Below are positions 51,560-64,000 of a stretch of 64,000 bases of DNA, piece after piece (position 1 is the first letter of the stretch; each line of letters opens with the position of its first letter). The notes beneath the pieces were generated by a model that was not told the origin of the DNA, made no database searches, and saw nothing but the letters and a program-made list of their open reading frames with translations. This DNA comes from Vicugna vicugna (Eukaryota): NCBI GenBank assembly GCA_013265495.1, contig MU057700.1:62001-126000 (forward strand), given 5' to 3'. Made by a program: the position numbers and the translations under genes.

Positions 51560-53400
51560 GCTGTGCTGGGGGTGGGACCACGATGACCTACAGAAGAGAT
51601 AAGTCTTTTCCTGCTATGCTCTCAAGGCATTTTTGAAGATTTCTGAACAAATCACAGCAAGAATGCTCAGGGAGTATAGAAGCATAAGACTTAATTTATG
51701 GAAGGGGAAGGTCTTGTGGGAAAGGTGGTATGTTTGAGCTGAGACCCTAAGGATTAGTAGGATTTAGCTAGACAGAAGATTGAGTGGAGTCTGTTTGGAG
51801 AGAGAATTACCACGTGTGTTAAATTCTAGGGAGCAGAGAGCCTGGCACATTCCAGGAACAGAGAAATACAGGAATAGAGATTTCTTTTTAATAGAAGTGA
51901 TGTGAGCTTAGTGTGTTGCAGGCCACAGTTGCAAGGCTTGAGCACCCTCTTAGCCTTGTGGTTTATTCCAACCGGTGGGAAGCGACTGAGGTCTTAGAAC
52001 AGGAGAGTGAAAAAGTCACTTTAAAAGAACATGCATGCTTAGCATGCATGAGGATGAGAGGGGTGAGGGGCATAGCTCAGTGGGAGAATGTGTACCTAGC
52101 ATATATAAGGTACTGGCGATTGAACTGGGTTTGAAAAAAATTTTTAAACAAGTAAACCAAACCCCACCACCATCACCACCACCAAAAAAAACTGGTGCGA
52201 GCTGCAGATAGGGCTTCAGGAAGTGCCAACTTTATGTTTGGAAAAGTTTGAGGATCAGATGTGAATATGCTGGAATGGCCTGTTGGTACTGAAAGTAAGG
52301 AGACATAGAAAGGGATCTGAGGACAATGCAGGGGAAAACATGATTTCAGGTCATGAAGGAATGATGGAGTTCATACTCTGCCAAGCAGCGTGCTAGGGAC
52401 TGGGAGGAGCTGTGAGAAACCTTTATTTACTTGTTGGAGTCAGAAGAGTTACTGAACAGAATTTGGGCATGAAATTAGGAAAAGGATTAGGGTGGAGAAT
52501 GGGTTCACTGCAAAGAGATGATGAACTCGTTGGATTTAAGGGCCTGAAAGAAGTAGTCAGGGCTTTCTTCAGTTTCATTCTAGAGCCTCTGGATGACAGG
52601 TAATGCTATTTATGCTGCAACCAGGGTGCTATAGAAGAGTTTCAGAGAGAAAATGCTACATTCATTTCTGGTGCATAGATGGAACTCAGCCTATGACTGA
52701 GAACTTGTGTATCCTGAGCTCAGAGCTGGCCCTGAAGATCTAGGGATCAGGTGAGGCTGCCTCCAAAAAGGCCAGTGATTGCCTATAGTTGAATGATTGA
52801 GGAAAGGCTCAAAGAGACAGTGTCTAAGGAAGTAAGAGAAAAGCCAGGAACCGAGAGGAGATTTTCAGAGGATGGTTAAGTTCTGCCATAGGAGCAAATT
52901 AGATGGTGATAAGAAAATGTTTCTTGCCTGGGAGATTCTTGGCAGAGTGAGATCATGCCCTTTTTAATGGTGTGGGGTAGAGATGACAGGCCTTTTTCGA
53001 TTTTACTGAAAGGGAAAGCCAGTCAGCAATCTGCTGGAGGGAAAGTTGGTATTAGGGAAAGTGTAAGGCGATTGGTTAGAAGTGATAGTCTCCTTAATTG
53101 ATAAGGAAAAATGGTGTTTCTCTAGAGAAGAATTTCATGGGGATGGGTGGAGTTGAGACCAGAGCAAGAGTCACGATACTGATCTCAGCTATGAGGCAAA
53201 GCAACTCCTTGTTTATGAATTCCTAGACCTTGTTCTAATTTCCTTCAGCCAGTTTCTAGTCCTCTAAGAAGATACGATGATCAGCTGAGGGTGGGGGAAT
53301 TAGTGAGGTTTACCACAGACATTTGAGGGCTTGGGGAAGTGCTAAGTACCCAGTATGAAACAGTCAGATACCTAATCTTCCTGGGCTCGATACCCCATTC
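51560..53400. mobile_element. L2 fragments with nested SINE (about 52063-52190)
   Basis: tttgagctgagaccctaaggattagtagga and gcctggcacattccaggaac are L2-typical purine-rich text. Confidence 0.55.
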
Positions 53401-54833
53401 CATCTGGGATGTTTTTCGGATTCATCTGAAGTAAGATTCTGCTTTTATCTGTGTGATAACCATTGTGCCCGGATTTCTTGAAAAGGCAACTCTCTTATCA
53501 CTGATTTTAATGACTACATCTGTTGGCTTGATGGGCAGTGACAGTTTGATGAAACATGTAATTTCCGTATACTTACATGTGCCCATTTTGAGCATTGATC
53601 ACCAAGAATATATTTTTGGCCCCATCAATATTTTTATTGTCTCAGTTCTGCATATATTGCTGTCTGCTGGCTCAACTCCTACTCTTCCCAGTATAGCCCT
53701 TTGACATGAATTTGACTTTAACTCTTTTTCAGTGGTACCAGGTGCTACTTGCACTTAGTGACCCCCTGTCGGGAAGGGCACTGCTCACTCATGCCTCTTG
53801 TACTTGGAGGTGGTCATTCCCTTCTAGTCTCAACAAAACAGCAATCTGTGTGTTATGTTTTTGAGACTGAGAAGCATATAATCTGATTTCTGTATTTGCA
53901 GCACACATAACTAATCTGATGGGCTTATCTGCTTGTTTGTATATGTCTTCAGTTTGACCTCACACTTAACTCATGTTTTGTTTGAGTTAACAATTTAGGA
54001 ACAAAATGATGCTTCCTTAGACTCTGAAAGTCACTGCTTCCTTGTGTCCTTGCAGCATTGTTGCTGATGTGAAGACTGATTCTGGTTCATCCCAGTATCA
54101 AAGAAAATCTTATTCTGTATTCTGATTTAAAATAGCTTCTATTGATCACTTACTTTTGCTTGTATAGTATCTTGCCACAAACAAGCATATAGGTTAAATA
54201 TAAGGATTTTAGTTTAAGAATCACTCAGGAACTGTCATAAATGAATTAACACATTTCATGACAGATAATCTGGAATAAATAAAACAAGAAAATGCTCTGC
54301 CTTATACTTAGGTTCTTCTGTGTTCAAAGTACTGAGTCACACCTATCCTTTACTTTAGCGATGCAAGAAAACAGCTCATCTATTTTCCTCCAGTTCTGAG
54401 TTCTTTTAGTATTTCTGAATGTTACCTCAACTCATTCTTCTGTCTACCCTTCTAGAACTCATAGTAATTGATAATTATGATTTGTAAATTTTAGTTTATT
54501 GCCTGACTTCCAGATCTCTATTCTGCTCTTCAAATTTTACTCTCCCTTGTTTTGCTTTTTAAAGAAAAACAACCCTTAATTTGTTATTTTTGATCTATCT
54601 GTGAGTAATATGAACATTTTTGGGGAGACCTAGGATTAAATCTGAGCTCAAACGTATTTGTATTTCTTAACATCTTTATTTAATTTCATTCATCTGTAAA
54701 AGGGGGGAAGCTATTTATTGCATATTCTTGTTGCACATATTAAATGAAAAATTATGTAAAGTAGTTTTTGCTTTCTTTGCAGCCACAAAAAGTTGCACCC
54801 AAGCTTGTTTGACGTCTGCCCTGTCAAGTGTCC

Positions 54834-56078
54834 ATGATGTTGGGCCCCGAGGGAGGTGAAGGTTTTGTGGTCAAGCTCCGTGGCCTGCCCTGGTCCTGCT
54901 CTGTTGAGGATGTGCAGAATTTCCTCTCCACCTGCACAATTCATGATGGGGCCGCAGGCGTTCATTTTATCTACACTAGAGAGGGCAGGCAGAGTGGTGA
55001 GGCTTTTGTTGAACTTGAATCAGAAGAAGATGTAAAAATGGCCCTTAAAAAAGACAGGGAAAGCATGGGACACCGGTACATTGAGGTGTTCAAGTCCCAC
55101 AGAACCGAGATGGATTGGGTGTTGAAGCACAGTGGTCCAAACAGTGCCGACACCGCCAATGATGGTTTTGTGCGGCTTCGAGGACTCCCATTTGGATGCA
55201 CCAAGGAAGAAATCGTTCAGTTCTTCTCAGGGTTGGAAATCGTGCCAAACGGGATCACATTACCTGTGGACCCTGAGGGCAAGATTACAGGGGAAGCCTT
55301 TGTGCAGTTTGCCTCCCAGGAGTTAGCTGAGAAGGCTCTAGGGAAGCACAAGGAGAGAATAGGGCACAGGTATATCGAGGTGTTCAAGAGCAGTCAGGAA
55401 GAAGTCAGGTCATACTCGGATCCCCCTCTGAAGTTCATGTCGGTGCAGCGACCGGGGCCCTATGACCGCCCCGGCACAGCCAGGAGGTATATCGGCATTG
55501 TCAAACAAGCAGGCCTGGAGAGGATGAGGTCCGGAGCCTACAGTGCAGGCTATGGGGGCTACGAGGAGTACAGCGGCCTTAGCGATGGCTATGGCTTCAC
55601 CACCGACCTGTTTGGAAGAGACCTCAGCTACTGTCTCTCTGGGATGTACGACCACAGGTATGGAGATGGCGAGTTCACTGTCCAGAGCACCACCGGGCAC
55701 TGCGTCCACATGAGGGGGCTGCCCTACAAGGCCACGGAGAACGACATTTACAACTTCTTCTCTCCGCTCAACCCGGTGAGAGTCCATATTGAGATTGGCC
55801 CTGATGGAAGAGTGACGGGCGAAGCTGATGTTGAGTTTGCCACTCATGAAGAAGCTGTGGCGGCCATGTCCAAAGACAGGGCCAACATGCAGCACAGATA
55901 CATAGAACTTTTCTTGAATTCCACAACGGGGGCCAGCAACGGGGCTTATAGCAGCCAGATGATGCAAGGCATGGGGGTGTCAACCCAGTCCACTTACAGT
56001 GGCCTTGAGAGCCAATCCGTGAGTGGCTGTTACGGGGCTGGCTACGGTGGCCAGAACAGCATGGGAGGGTATGACTAG
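54834..56078 (+). CDS. HNRNPF: Heterogeneous nuclear ribonucleoprotein F (three qRRM domains, GYR-rich linker), intronless CDS, 414 aa
   Basis: Translation [23 protein letters not shown]...[38 protein letters not shown]...GQNSMGGYD is recognisably hnRNP F rather than H1/H2. The ORF track starts at GTG 54828; the first ATG is 54834 and TAG ends at 56078. Confidence 0.98.
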   Translation: MMLGPEGGEGFVVKLRGLPWSCSVEDVQNFLSTCTIHDGAAGVHFIYTREGRQSGEAFVELESEEDVKMALKKDRESMGHRYIEVFKSHRTEMDWVLKHSGPNSADTANDGFVRLRGLPFGCTKEEIVQFFSGLEIVPNGITLPVDPEGKITGEAFVQFASQELAEKALGKHKERIGHRYIEVFKSSQEEVRSYSDPPLKFMSVQRPGPYDRPGTARRYIGIVKQAGLERMRSGAYSAGYGGYEEYSGLSDGYGFTTDLFGRDLSYCLSGMYDHRYGDGEFTVQSTTGHCVHMRGLPYKATENDIYNFFSPLNPVRVHIEIGPDGRVTGEADVEFATHEEAVAAMSKDRANMQHRYIELFLNSTTGASNGAYSSQMMQGMGVSTQSTYSGLESQSVSGCYGAGYGGQNSMGGYD

Positions 56079-56690
56079 TTTTGTAGTAGCATTTGAGTTA
56101 TTTCAATCAAATTTTCACAGGCAGCCAACAAGCAGTGAAAAGCAGTTACTATTCTAGAGGAAGCTGTGGGACCCGTTTTGCACCATGAGTTTGTGAAATC
56201 TGGATTAAAAAAATTACCTCTTCAGTGTTTTCTCATGCAAACTTTCTTCTAGCATGTGATATTGAGTAAACTAAAACTATTTTCAGCTTTTCTCAATTAA
56301 TATTTTGGTAGTGTACTTCTGGAGTGATGTTATCTGAGTTATAAAGTAGTTTTAAGTATGTTAAATGTGGATCTTTTACACCATCGTGAACACATTGGGG
56401 AGGTGTGCTTTTCTCTCTCTCTCTTTTTTTTAAAACTCAAGGTGCTAGATCCCTAATTCAAAGAGGAACATTTCTCATGTTTGTTCATTCTAGTTTATTT
56501 TCATTTAAAATCTTTTAGGTTAAGTTTAAGCTTTTAAAAAGTTAGTTTTGAAAATTGAGACACATTACTAATACTGTAGGAATTGGTGAGGCCTTGACTT
56601 AAAACTTTCTTTGTACTGTGATTTCCTTTCGGGTGTATTTTGCTAAGTGAAACTTGTTAAATTTTTTTGTTAACTAAATTTTTTTCTTAA

Positions 56691-56696
56691 AATAAA
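56691..56696 (+). terminator. HNRNPF: HNRNPF polyadenylation signal AATAAA
   Basis: Canonical hexamer at the end of a U-rich 3'UTR. Confidence 0.75.
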
Positions 56697-57699
56697 AAGA
56701 CTTTTTCACAATGACTGGCACAGACTATCTACTCACCAAATATAGCAGAATGATTGGGTGGTTCATTTTAATACTATTGTATTTCAGTATGAATTTTAAA
56801 ATTTAGCACTATAATTTCCCTTGTATTAAAACAAGGCTAAATTAAAAATCATATTTAAAAATGTTTAATATGTGAGTGGAAATGGTGACTAGAAATACAT
56901 ACCAGGAACTGTGAGAATAGAATGAGCGTATAGTCCCAGCTTCCTGTGACTAGCATGTCCTATTCATCAGCCATTTGTAATGCCCTGCTGTTCCCTTCCT
57001 TTATGCTGGAGATGCATCTATTCATAGCTAGAGATCTTCGTTTTGGGGTGCTTTATACCCTGAATCATCAGCCACAATTTGTTTCAGTTTTTCTATATAA
57101 AATATGTTGATTTGAATGCTTTTTTTCATACTTTTACCCTGGGTTAGCACTTAACAGTTACTGCAGGATACACATATTCTCAAGCTTGAGACCTGTTCCC
57201 AAATTGTTAACTAGAAATTTCTAGCAGTGGAAAGCAAGCTCCACATTTCAGGCAGCTCTGCGCATAGCACATTATCACTTACACAAATATTAAATAAAAA
57301 TGTCAAGACTTTAAAATGTGAGTGAAGTTTATTAAAAAGAATTTTGCTTGATAGCTGTTTACCCAGCTTTATTTTCCCACCAGCTTTATTTTCCCACGTA
57401 TCTTTAATAACCATACAGTGTTGTCTTCAATAACTATGCAGTGCAGCCCAGTTATCCCAATTTCATCATTTTAAGGATCTTTATCTGGTGTCTATCTGTA
57501 GGTAGACTAGTCTTTCTTTGGCCTTATTGGGCTTTGCCCCACTCCACCATTCTTCCCACCAGTATTCTGCAGACTCACAGGGCCAGAGATGGGGCTGCAG
57601 CATCACCCAGGAATGCCAGAGGCAGAGAAGACTGAGTAGCATGAAGGTGGATGGGTGGGGCAGAGACTGCATCTTCCCATGTTCACAGGGTCTCTGCTT

Positions 57700-60520
57700 G
57701 TCCCATGAGCCTACAGTGCTGATGTTCTCAGGCAACGGTCAACCATGGAACAGCAAAGGCCCTCTGGGTTGTGAGGTGGAACGCCTGGGAGCTTATGAAA
57801 CCTGTAGTAGCAGTGGCTAGGATGCCATGAAAGGCCAGTTTGATAGAGCAGTGAAGTTTCAAGGAGTGTATTAACCCCCTGTAGAGTTACTAATTTTAAG
57901 GTCCAGATATGGAAGGAGTGGGCTCTGGGAACCTGGGATGGGAAGTTGTGGGTGTGCTAGGTGAACTTAAATCCCAAGGTAACTCTGAAACCTGGGCCAG
58001 CAGCAGTAGCCACCTGCCTCTTAACTAGAGGACTATTCAGCAGCCTCACCTGAGGTAGGTGAATTACATGATAATACATACCTGCCCCCTCAACGTCTTA
58101 TTTGCAGAATGGGTTGGCAAACTGCTGGTAAGCCAAGTACCAGCTGAGTGATTTTTACAGATGAATTTGATGGCAAGGAACCTAGTTAGGAATATAATTG
58201 CCCCCCCCCCAAAGAATTCCACCCTTGTTACTAGGCTTGTAGCACAGAATATTGCAATTTTGTGAATATTTCACATTTCTCTTGGCCTGCAAAAAATAAA
58301 AATATACTGCCTAGTCCCTTAGAGGAAACTCAGCTGACAACTGACTTTTCTGTTTCAGAAAACTAGTGTCTGGACTGAGCATGGCGCAGAAGGAAGAGTC
58401 CCTCCTACAGAAGGAAACTGCAGGGCCTGATTAGTGTATGTGAATAGGACCTAGAACACACAAGGGAATCTTGAGGATGGTAGAGCAGAGGGTTGAGTAT
58501 AAAATGATTAATTAATGTGAGGCATCTCTTGTGACTCAGGATTTAAATTCTACGCATTCTAGGGGTCCATCCTGATCTAGAGTTGACCCTTAAAGGTTGG
58601 AGACAATGGCCTATGGGAGGGAGAGATGCTGAGTGTTGAGAAAAGGGGTTGGAGGCCTCAGGTGGGCATGCTAGGGAAGATTAGTATATAAGGCCAGAAA
58701 AAAACACTGAGCTAAAAATGTCCTTGGGAAGGACCCAAGAACATTTCTTTGCTAAACTGATAGTGTGCTAGTGAGGTGCACCAGCATTTTGAGACTAGTG
58801 GAAGTGCTCCTCAGCCAGAGTTGGCAGTAGGAGAACATAGGGATTGAAAGGGTTCCAGAAGAGCAGAGACCAGGTTGTGGCCATCATAAGATGTGAAGTA
58901 GCGTAACTGTCAGAATGGGCAGCAATGCCCAAAAGGTCCGTGGTGAAAGCTCAGATCTCTGCGTCCAGAGGTCATAGAGGCCCAGCTCTGGGCTCTATCA
59001 GCTTTGTACTCCCAGCTCGTACCCCTTTTTGGTTATATGAGCAGAAAGCTGAAGATCAGGATCTTGTTCTATTTATTTCCAGCACACAGCCAGGTCTCAG
59101 ACCCAGAGACCATCAATTGGAATGGAGGAAGGGTCTGACTGTATTGCAGCAACTATATGTGATAAGGATTCTATAAATCTACCCCTCTGAGGCCAGGGGT
59201 AGGAAATGACCCAAGTCTCTTACATGCTGTTGGGTAGGGGGTCTGAGCTGACATAACCAGGAGGAAAACCATCACCTCTCTGTTAGAGTGGGAGCATAGG
59301 AAAGCCAGGTGGCAGGTGGATTCCTAGGCCCAAATTCACCTCACTGTGGGTTAAACAGGTTTGCAGACCCCATCCCCCCACCACACACACACTGAAGTAA
59401 GACTCATAATGGTAGGAAAGGCAAGAGGAACCTGTCAAATGATGTTCCCCATCCAAGACAGTAAACAAGGAGAGATTCTATAACACGTGTGCAATATCTG
59501 AAGTTAGGGTGATCCTCGCCCGTTTTATTTGCCTGTCTGGTCCCAGCAAACAGCAGATGGATTCCAGCAGATGGTGAACTGACAGTGAACGACCAGAAAC
59601 TTAACCATGGAGTTCCCCGTCACAGCTCAGTATTTAATGTGGTGTGTTTGCCAGTGCAGGTCAACAAGCCTCTGGGACTTGGGGAGCCCCTGATCTAGTG
59701 AGTATGTTCTCTTCAATCAGCATCAAGCAAGAGATTTAAAAAAAAATTACCATCTCATAACATGGCCATCAGAACACATTGCCTGTCTTTCTCCAGGTGT
59801 GTGGTAACTCCTGCCCTCTGTTACAGCAGAGTGAGGAGACACTGATCACCTTGCCATGATCCACTGTATTGATGGCATACTCAGTCTCGGTGAGAAGGAA
59901 GCAGTGAGTTCTTGGGATGCCCTAGGAAGACACCTGTGTGCTAGAGGGTGGAAGGATTCAGGGCTCTGCCACATCGGGGACATTTTTAGGGTCTAGTAGT
60001 CTTGGCCAGAGATTGACAAACGGGTCCATGGGCCAAACCTGGCTGGCTGCCTGTTTCTGTATATAGAGTCGTATTGGTACACAGCCACACCCATCCATGT
60101 GTTTTGTCTAGGCTGCTCTTGTGCTACATTGGCTGACAGATGAGTAGTTTCATGTGGCCATGCGGCCCACAACACCCAACATATCCTAACTCAGATCCTA
60201 CCAACTGAGTCTTTAGAGGAAATGTTCGCTGACCTCTGGCCTTGGGCAGAACTGGGACATTTCCTCCAATGTAAAGGCTAATACATTGCATCACTGAGAA
60301 CGAGGCATAACTGTCAGTAGGGCCTTTTGGATTTTGGAGAAACCTTATTTTACACTTGAAAACACTGCTCCTACCCCATTATCAGGTGACCAGAAGGCTG
60401 CAGGGGGTCTGCAAGCTGCCGTGCCATCTGCCACAAAGAACAGAGCAGGAGCCGTCATCCAGGCATCTGTGCATAAATGGTCTTGTGTGGTGTCTCTGAC
60501 AAGTCTCAGTGCGTGTTCTA
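57700..60520 (+). mobile_element. Highly decayed ERVL internal region (gag and RT relics)
   Basis: RT-like relics across frames: PF.LPVW, TVNDQKLNH, PALCYSRVRR, MIHCIDGIL (cf. ERVL PFNSPIW, TVDYRKLNQ, PALCHNLVRR, VHYIDDIM) at about 59520-59885. gag-like text near 57920 and 58465. Confidence 0.7.
60007..60238 (+). mobile_element. MER58A-like hAT MITE inserted in ERVL pol
   Basis: cagagattgacaaac..gggccaaacctggc..tattggtacacagccacaccca..gctgacctctg; imperfect 8-bp flanks gtcttggc/gccttggg. A second MER58-like copy lies at about 58105-58343. Confidence 0.8.
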
Positions 60521-60551
60521 GCTCAGACCCTGGGTGTTCAGAATCAACACC

Positions 60552-60576
60552 ACACACACACACACACACACACACA
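60552..60576. repeat. (CA)n microsatellite
   Basis: Direct observation. Confidence 0.95.
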
Positions 60577-61377
60577 TGCAAATCACACCACGCCCTCAGA
60601 AGCAGAGAGCTGCGAGCTGTTTACAATTCAAAAAGCAACCACCCTCTTGTTCTGAATGTTGGCAGTTGCATCAAGTCGTAAGGCTCTTTTAAGGTATCTC
60701 CGTTTAAATGTTTTTGTGTAAAAATTCTTTGTTTTTAAAAAATTATTATTATTATAGTTTAAATGGTGTCTTACTTCTTTTGCCGAGAGTTTGTTCCTGG
60801 GACTGTAAATATTAGGATTTAAAAAAAAAAAAACTAGGATTTTTATATTGACCTTTGTAGTCTTCCTAATAAATTCACATACCTTTGATTATCTGAATAG
60901 ATTCTTTGGATTTTGTACATACAAAATCATGCCATTTGCAAATAATGAAGTTTGATTAATTTCTTTCTAATCCTCATGTACGTTTTTCTTCTCTTTGCCT
61001 TATTGCCTACTCTTAGATAAGTGTTTTTTTATCATTAGAAAATGTGATGCTGAATAAATTTGGGGTCAGAGGGCATCTTATTCCCAATTTCAGATAGAAA
61101 GCTTTCAATCATCTCCATTAAAATACCAATTGTTTTTTGGTTGCATACCCTTTACTAGGAAAATTTCCATTTACTTCTGGTTTAGTATAAATTTATTTTT
61201 TAATCATTAGTAAATGTTGGATTTTATTTAATACATTTTCCTTATATGTCTTCATTTTCTTAATCTATCTTCCAACCACTCTTCAGTTAAGTCTAATTGA
61301 TTGTTAAACATCAGTTATGTTCTTGAGTTAAGAACTTTAAGTTCTAAAATTTCCACTTAATTTTTTAATGTAATATA

Positions 61378-62290
61378 AAAAATTAATTTTCTCACAGTTC
61401 TGGTGGTGAGAAGTCAAAATTAAGGTGTTGGCAAGGCCATTCCCCCTCTGAAGTCTCTGAGGAAGGAGACTTCCTTGCCTCTTCCTGGTGTTCCTTGGCT
61501 TGACGTTGCATCTTTCCATCTCTGCCTCTTGCCTCAAGGCTTTCTCCCTGTGTCCACATTTTCCTCCTCTTATGAGGACACTGTTGTGGGCACACAACAC
61601 AGTGATGTTGACAGTGACACGCGGGTTGGTAGAAGAATTACTGGAGACCGAGAAAAGTTTAGGAAAGTTTAATAGGGATGCTGCTATAGGCAACAGCGGG
61701 CCACACAGACTGGAGAGGCGCCCGGGTGAGTGCCACGGATGGGCGTGTTGGGTCTTCTATTGGGGGGAGGGAGCTGTGCACACAAGGAGTAGGGGGGTTG
61801 CATGATTCAGTTCGTGCCCAGGTACCTGACTGGTTGTAAGATCTGTCAGGGTCTACTCTGAATAATAGGATTTACAACCCTGATAAGGGCAGGATGTGCC
61901 TGGAGTCCTGTCCGCCTAGGGTATTGTGAGATGGGCTATTATCTCCTGGGGCAATGAGTTTTGTTAGGGTAAACACACATCAAGAGATCTTTTATATCTT
62001 GCAGAAATGCAGGTATGCAAAGGATCCTGCAGTGGGGAGTGGGCTTAAGGTGTCAGTAGGCTTCAGACACACAGATAGCCCAGGGGTGGGGGGGTTTATT
62101 ATTCCAGAGAGTGCCAGCCGGCTCCGCAGACACCAGTCATTGGATTAGGGTCCATCCTAATCCCGTATGACCTCTTCTTAAAATGATTATATCTGCAAAG
62201 ACCCAACTTCCAAACAAGGTCACAGTCTCAGGTATGGGGGATTAGGAATTGAAAATACCTTTTTGGAGGATACAATTTAACCTACAACAT
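61378..62290 (-). mobile_element. MLT1 (MaLR) LTR interrupted by another LTR (about 61583-62130)
   Basis: tctcacagttctgg..tcaaaattaaggtgttggcaaggcc..cttatgaggacac [insert] cagtcattggattagggtcca..tctgcaaagacc. Confidence 0.75.
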
Positions 62291-64000
62291 ACAGGTTTAT
62301 TTTCTTCTGCAAATCTCCATATATCATCTCATTCCTTGAACACATTAATCACAGTTGTTTTAAAGTCTTGGTCTGATCATTCCAACATCTGCATCTTCTT
62401 TCTCTGTATGTTGTCTGCCTGGTCTACATTTGTCTTTCATGCATGGATATTTTTGGTAGGGTCCCAGATGTTGTATACAGAAACTGTGAGCCTAGGATGA
62501 CCTCAAGACACATGTGCTATTCTCATCTGTGAAGGGACTGGTGGAAGGAACACAACCAGATTTCCTAAAATTACCCTGAGAACATGAGAAGCACAAAATG
62601 ACCATATGTACTCACTGGAAATCACAAGACAGCAATCTGAAAATAAATTAATCTGTGAGCCCAAACTGAGAAAAGTCTGCAGGTGCCGATTGATTTGGAT
62701 TTACATTCTGTAGAGGTCGGAGACCATATCAAATAAATCAGTAAAATATAAACAGTATGTGAATTGAGCTGAGTACAAAGAGAAGCAGCCAACAGTGATG
62801 AGAGGACAAATGCTGGTGGTGCCGCTGCCGAGTGGCCCCAGAGGCCTCCTGAAAGAGCCTGAAGGAGGAAGGGGATTGATGATGCTGGGATGCTAGGAGA
62901 CTGGGACAGAGGGAGGGAAGTGCGGTGCCCTGAGGCTAAGGCTGCAGCCTAAACTGTGTTTGTTCTTGGGAGAGCACGGGGGGGGGGGGGGGGAATGGTC
63001 AGAGGTGGGGCCTGGGGTCAGATGTAGGTAGGGCCTATAGGCCATGTTAAAGGAATTTTTCTGTAAGATAAATAGATTATCTTTTGTGCATTTTGAGCAG
63101 ATCTGACCTTAAGAATATTCCTGATAGCAGGTTTGAGACTTGAGTAATAAATCCCTCTACAGAACCAGGCACAGGACCTCACCAGTGACCAACCAAGATG
63201 GCCCTCCACTGCTCCTTCATGATAGCTGTTGGCCCTCACTTGTTACCTTGGGTTTTCTAGTATTTACACAAAAATTGAGGGTAAGATGCTGCTATCTTCT
63301 AAGAAACAGAAATATTACAGTGTTTTCAAGCGACTATTCTAAGACTAGAATAAACCTTATATATTTAGGTTAGTAGGCCTTCCTTTATATTAAGAGGATT
63401 GTGTAGGACTACTATTCAGTAATGCAAAATGATGAACTATTCATGTAATAACCTGGCTGCAGCTCCAGAGAAGTATAGAATAATATATGTGTGATATATG
63501 ATATATAATAGAATTACATAATACATCAAACTTTTATCCTTGATTAGTTCTGAGTGCTGGGTTAGAAACTGGTTTGCCTTCTAAGTGAGATACCCCTGTA
63601 ATGTTCCAGATTTCTGTAATAAGCATGAAAGATGTTTGCAATCAGAAAAAAATTAGATTCTTTCAAAAAGAGTGGGGGTATATATAGTTTCCACGCAGCC
63701 ACAGTGCCTGGGTTCTCTCTCAGTGATAAATACCAGAAAGGCTGTGTAACCCAGTCCTTCAGAAAGGCTCAGGACAAGATGGCCTGTGAGATCTAGAACC
63801 TAGGTCTCCTCTTATGCACAGAGGGGATGATCCAATTCCTGTCACCTAAGTTCCTGGGAAAACTGAGTTAACGTGTCCATCACATACCAAGTGTTCAATT
63901 AAGTGGAAATTGCCCTTAGATTTCTCTGGTTCCTACCTTGGCAACCCCTCATCTGGGAGATGACAAGAGTTAGGAATTATGACTAAAGCCTCCCCACCCC

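Larger units (their letters stand above)
54783..56715 (+). other. HNRNPF: HNRNPF terminal exon (51-nt 5'UTR part, CDS, about 620-nt 3'UTR)
   Basis: Polypyrimidine tract and acceptor ttttgctttctttgcag|ccacaaaa with AG at 54781-54782. U-rich 3'UTR ends after AATAAA. The exact cleavage site is approximate. Confidence 0.85.

Noticed and set aside
54828..54833. ORF-track N-terminal extension (GTG start, 'MS') of hnRNP F
   Set aside because: Artifact of allowing alternative starts; the known protein begins MMLGPEGG at ATG 54834.
55410..55967. 185-aa antisense ORF within HNRNPF
   Set aside because: Shadow frame of a GC-rich coding strand with no recognisable domain.
56800..64000. FXYD4, expected downstream of HNRNPF from recalled synteny
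   Set aside because: No FXYD motif exon recognised; the region is TE-derived and the gene probably lies outside the window.

Overview
Mammalian genomic DNA, most likely camelid (inferred from a recurring tRNA-derived SINE and L1 3' ends). The only intact protein-coding sequence is HNRNPF (+ strand, single-exon CDS 54834-56078, 414 aa). It has candidate non-coding 5' exons and CpG-island promoters at about 37.4-39.6 kb and 48.2-50.8 kb, and a poly(A) signal at 56691. The most notable observation is an old inverted, head-to-head genomic duplicate of HNRNPF on the - strand. Its still CpG-rich promoter (about 16355-17280) mirrors the HNRNPF distal promoter (about 37390-38310). Its decayed terminal exon (about 2285-3228, plus intron flank to about 3405) mirrors the HNRNPF coding/3'UTR exon, with both start codons, most of the CDS and the poly(A) signal lost. 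The rest is transposon-derived: L1, L2, MIR, SINEs, hAT/TcMar elements, solo LTRs, a decayed class I ERV at 25.5-30.6 kb and an ERVL relic at 57.7-60.5 kb. There is a 235-N assembly gap. All alignments and repeat family names were made by eye and repeat boundaries are approximate.
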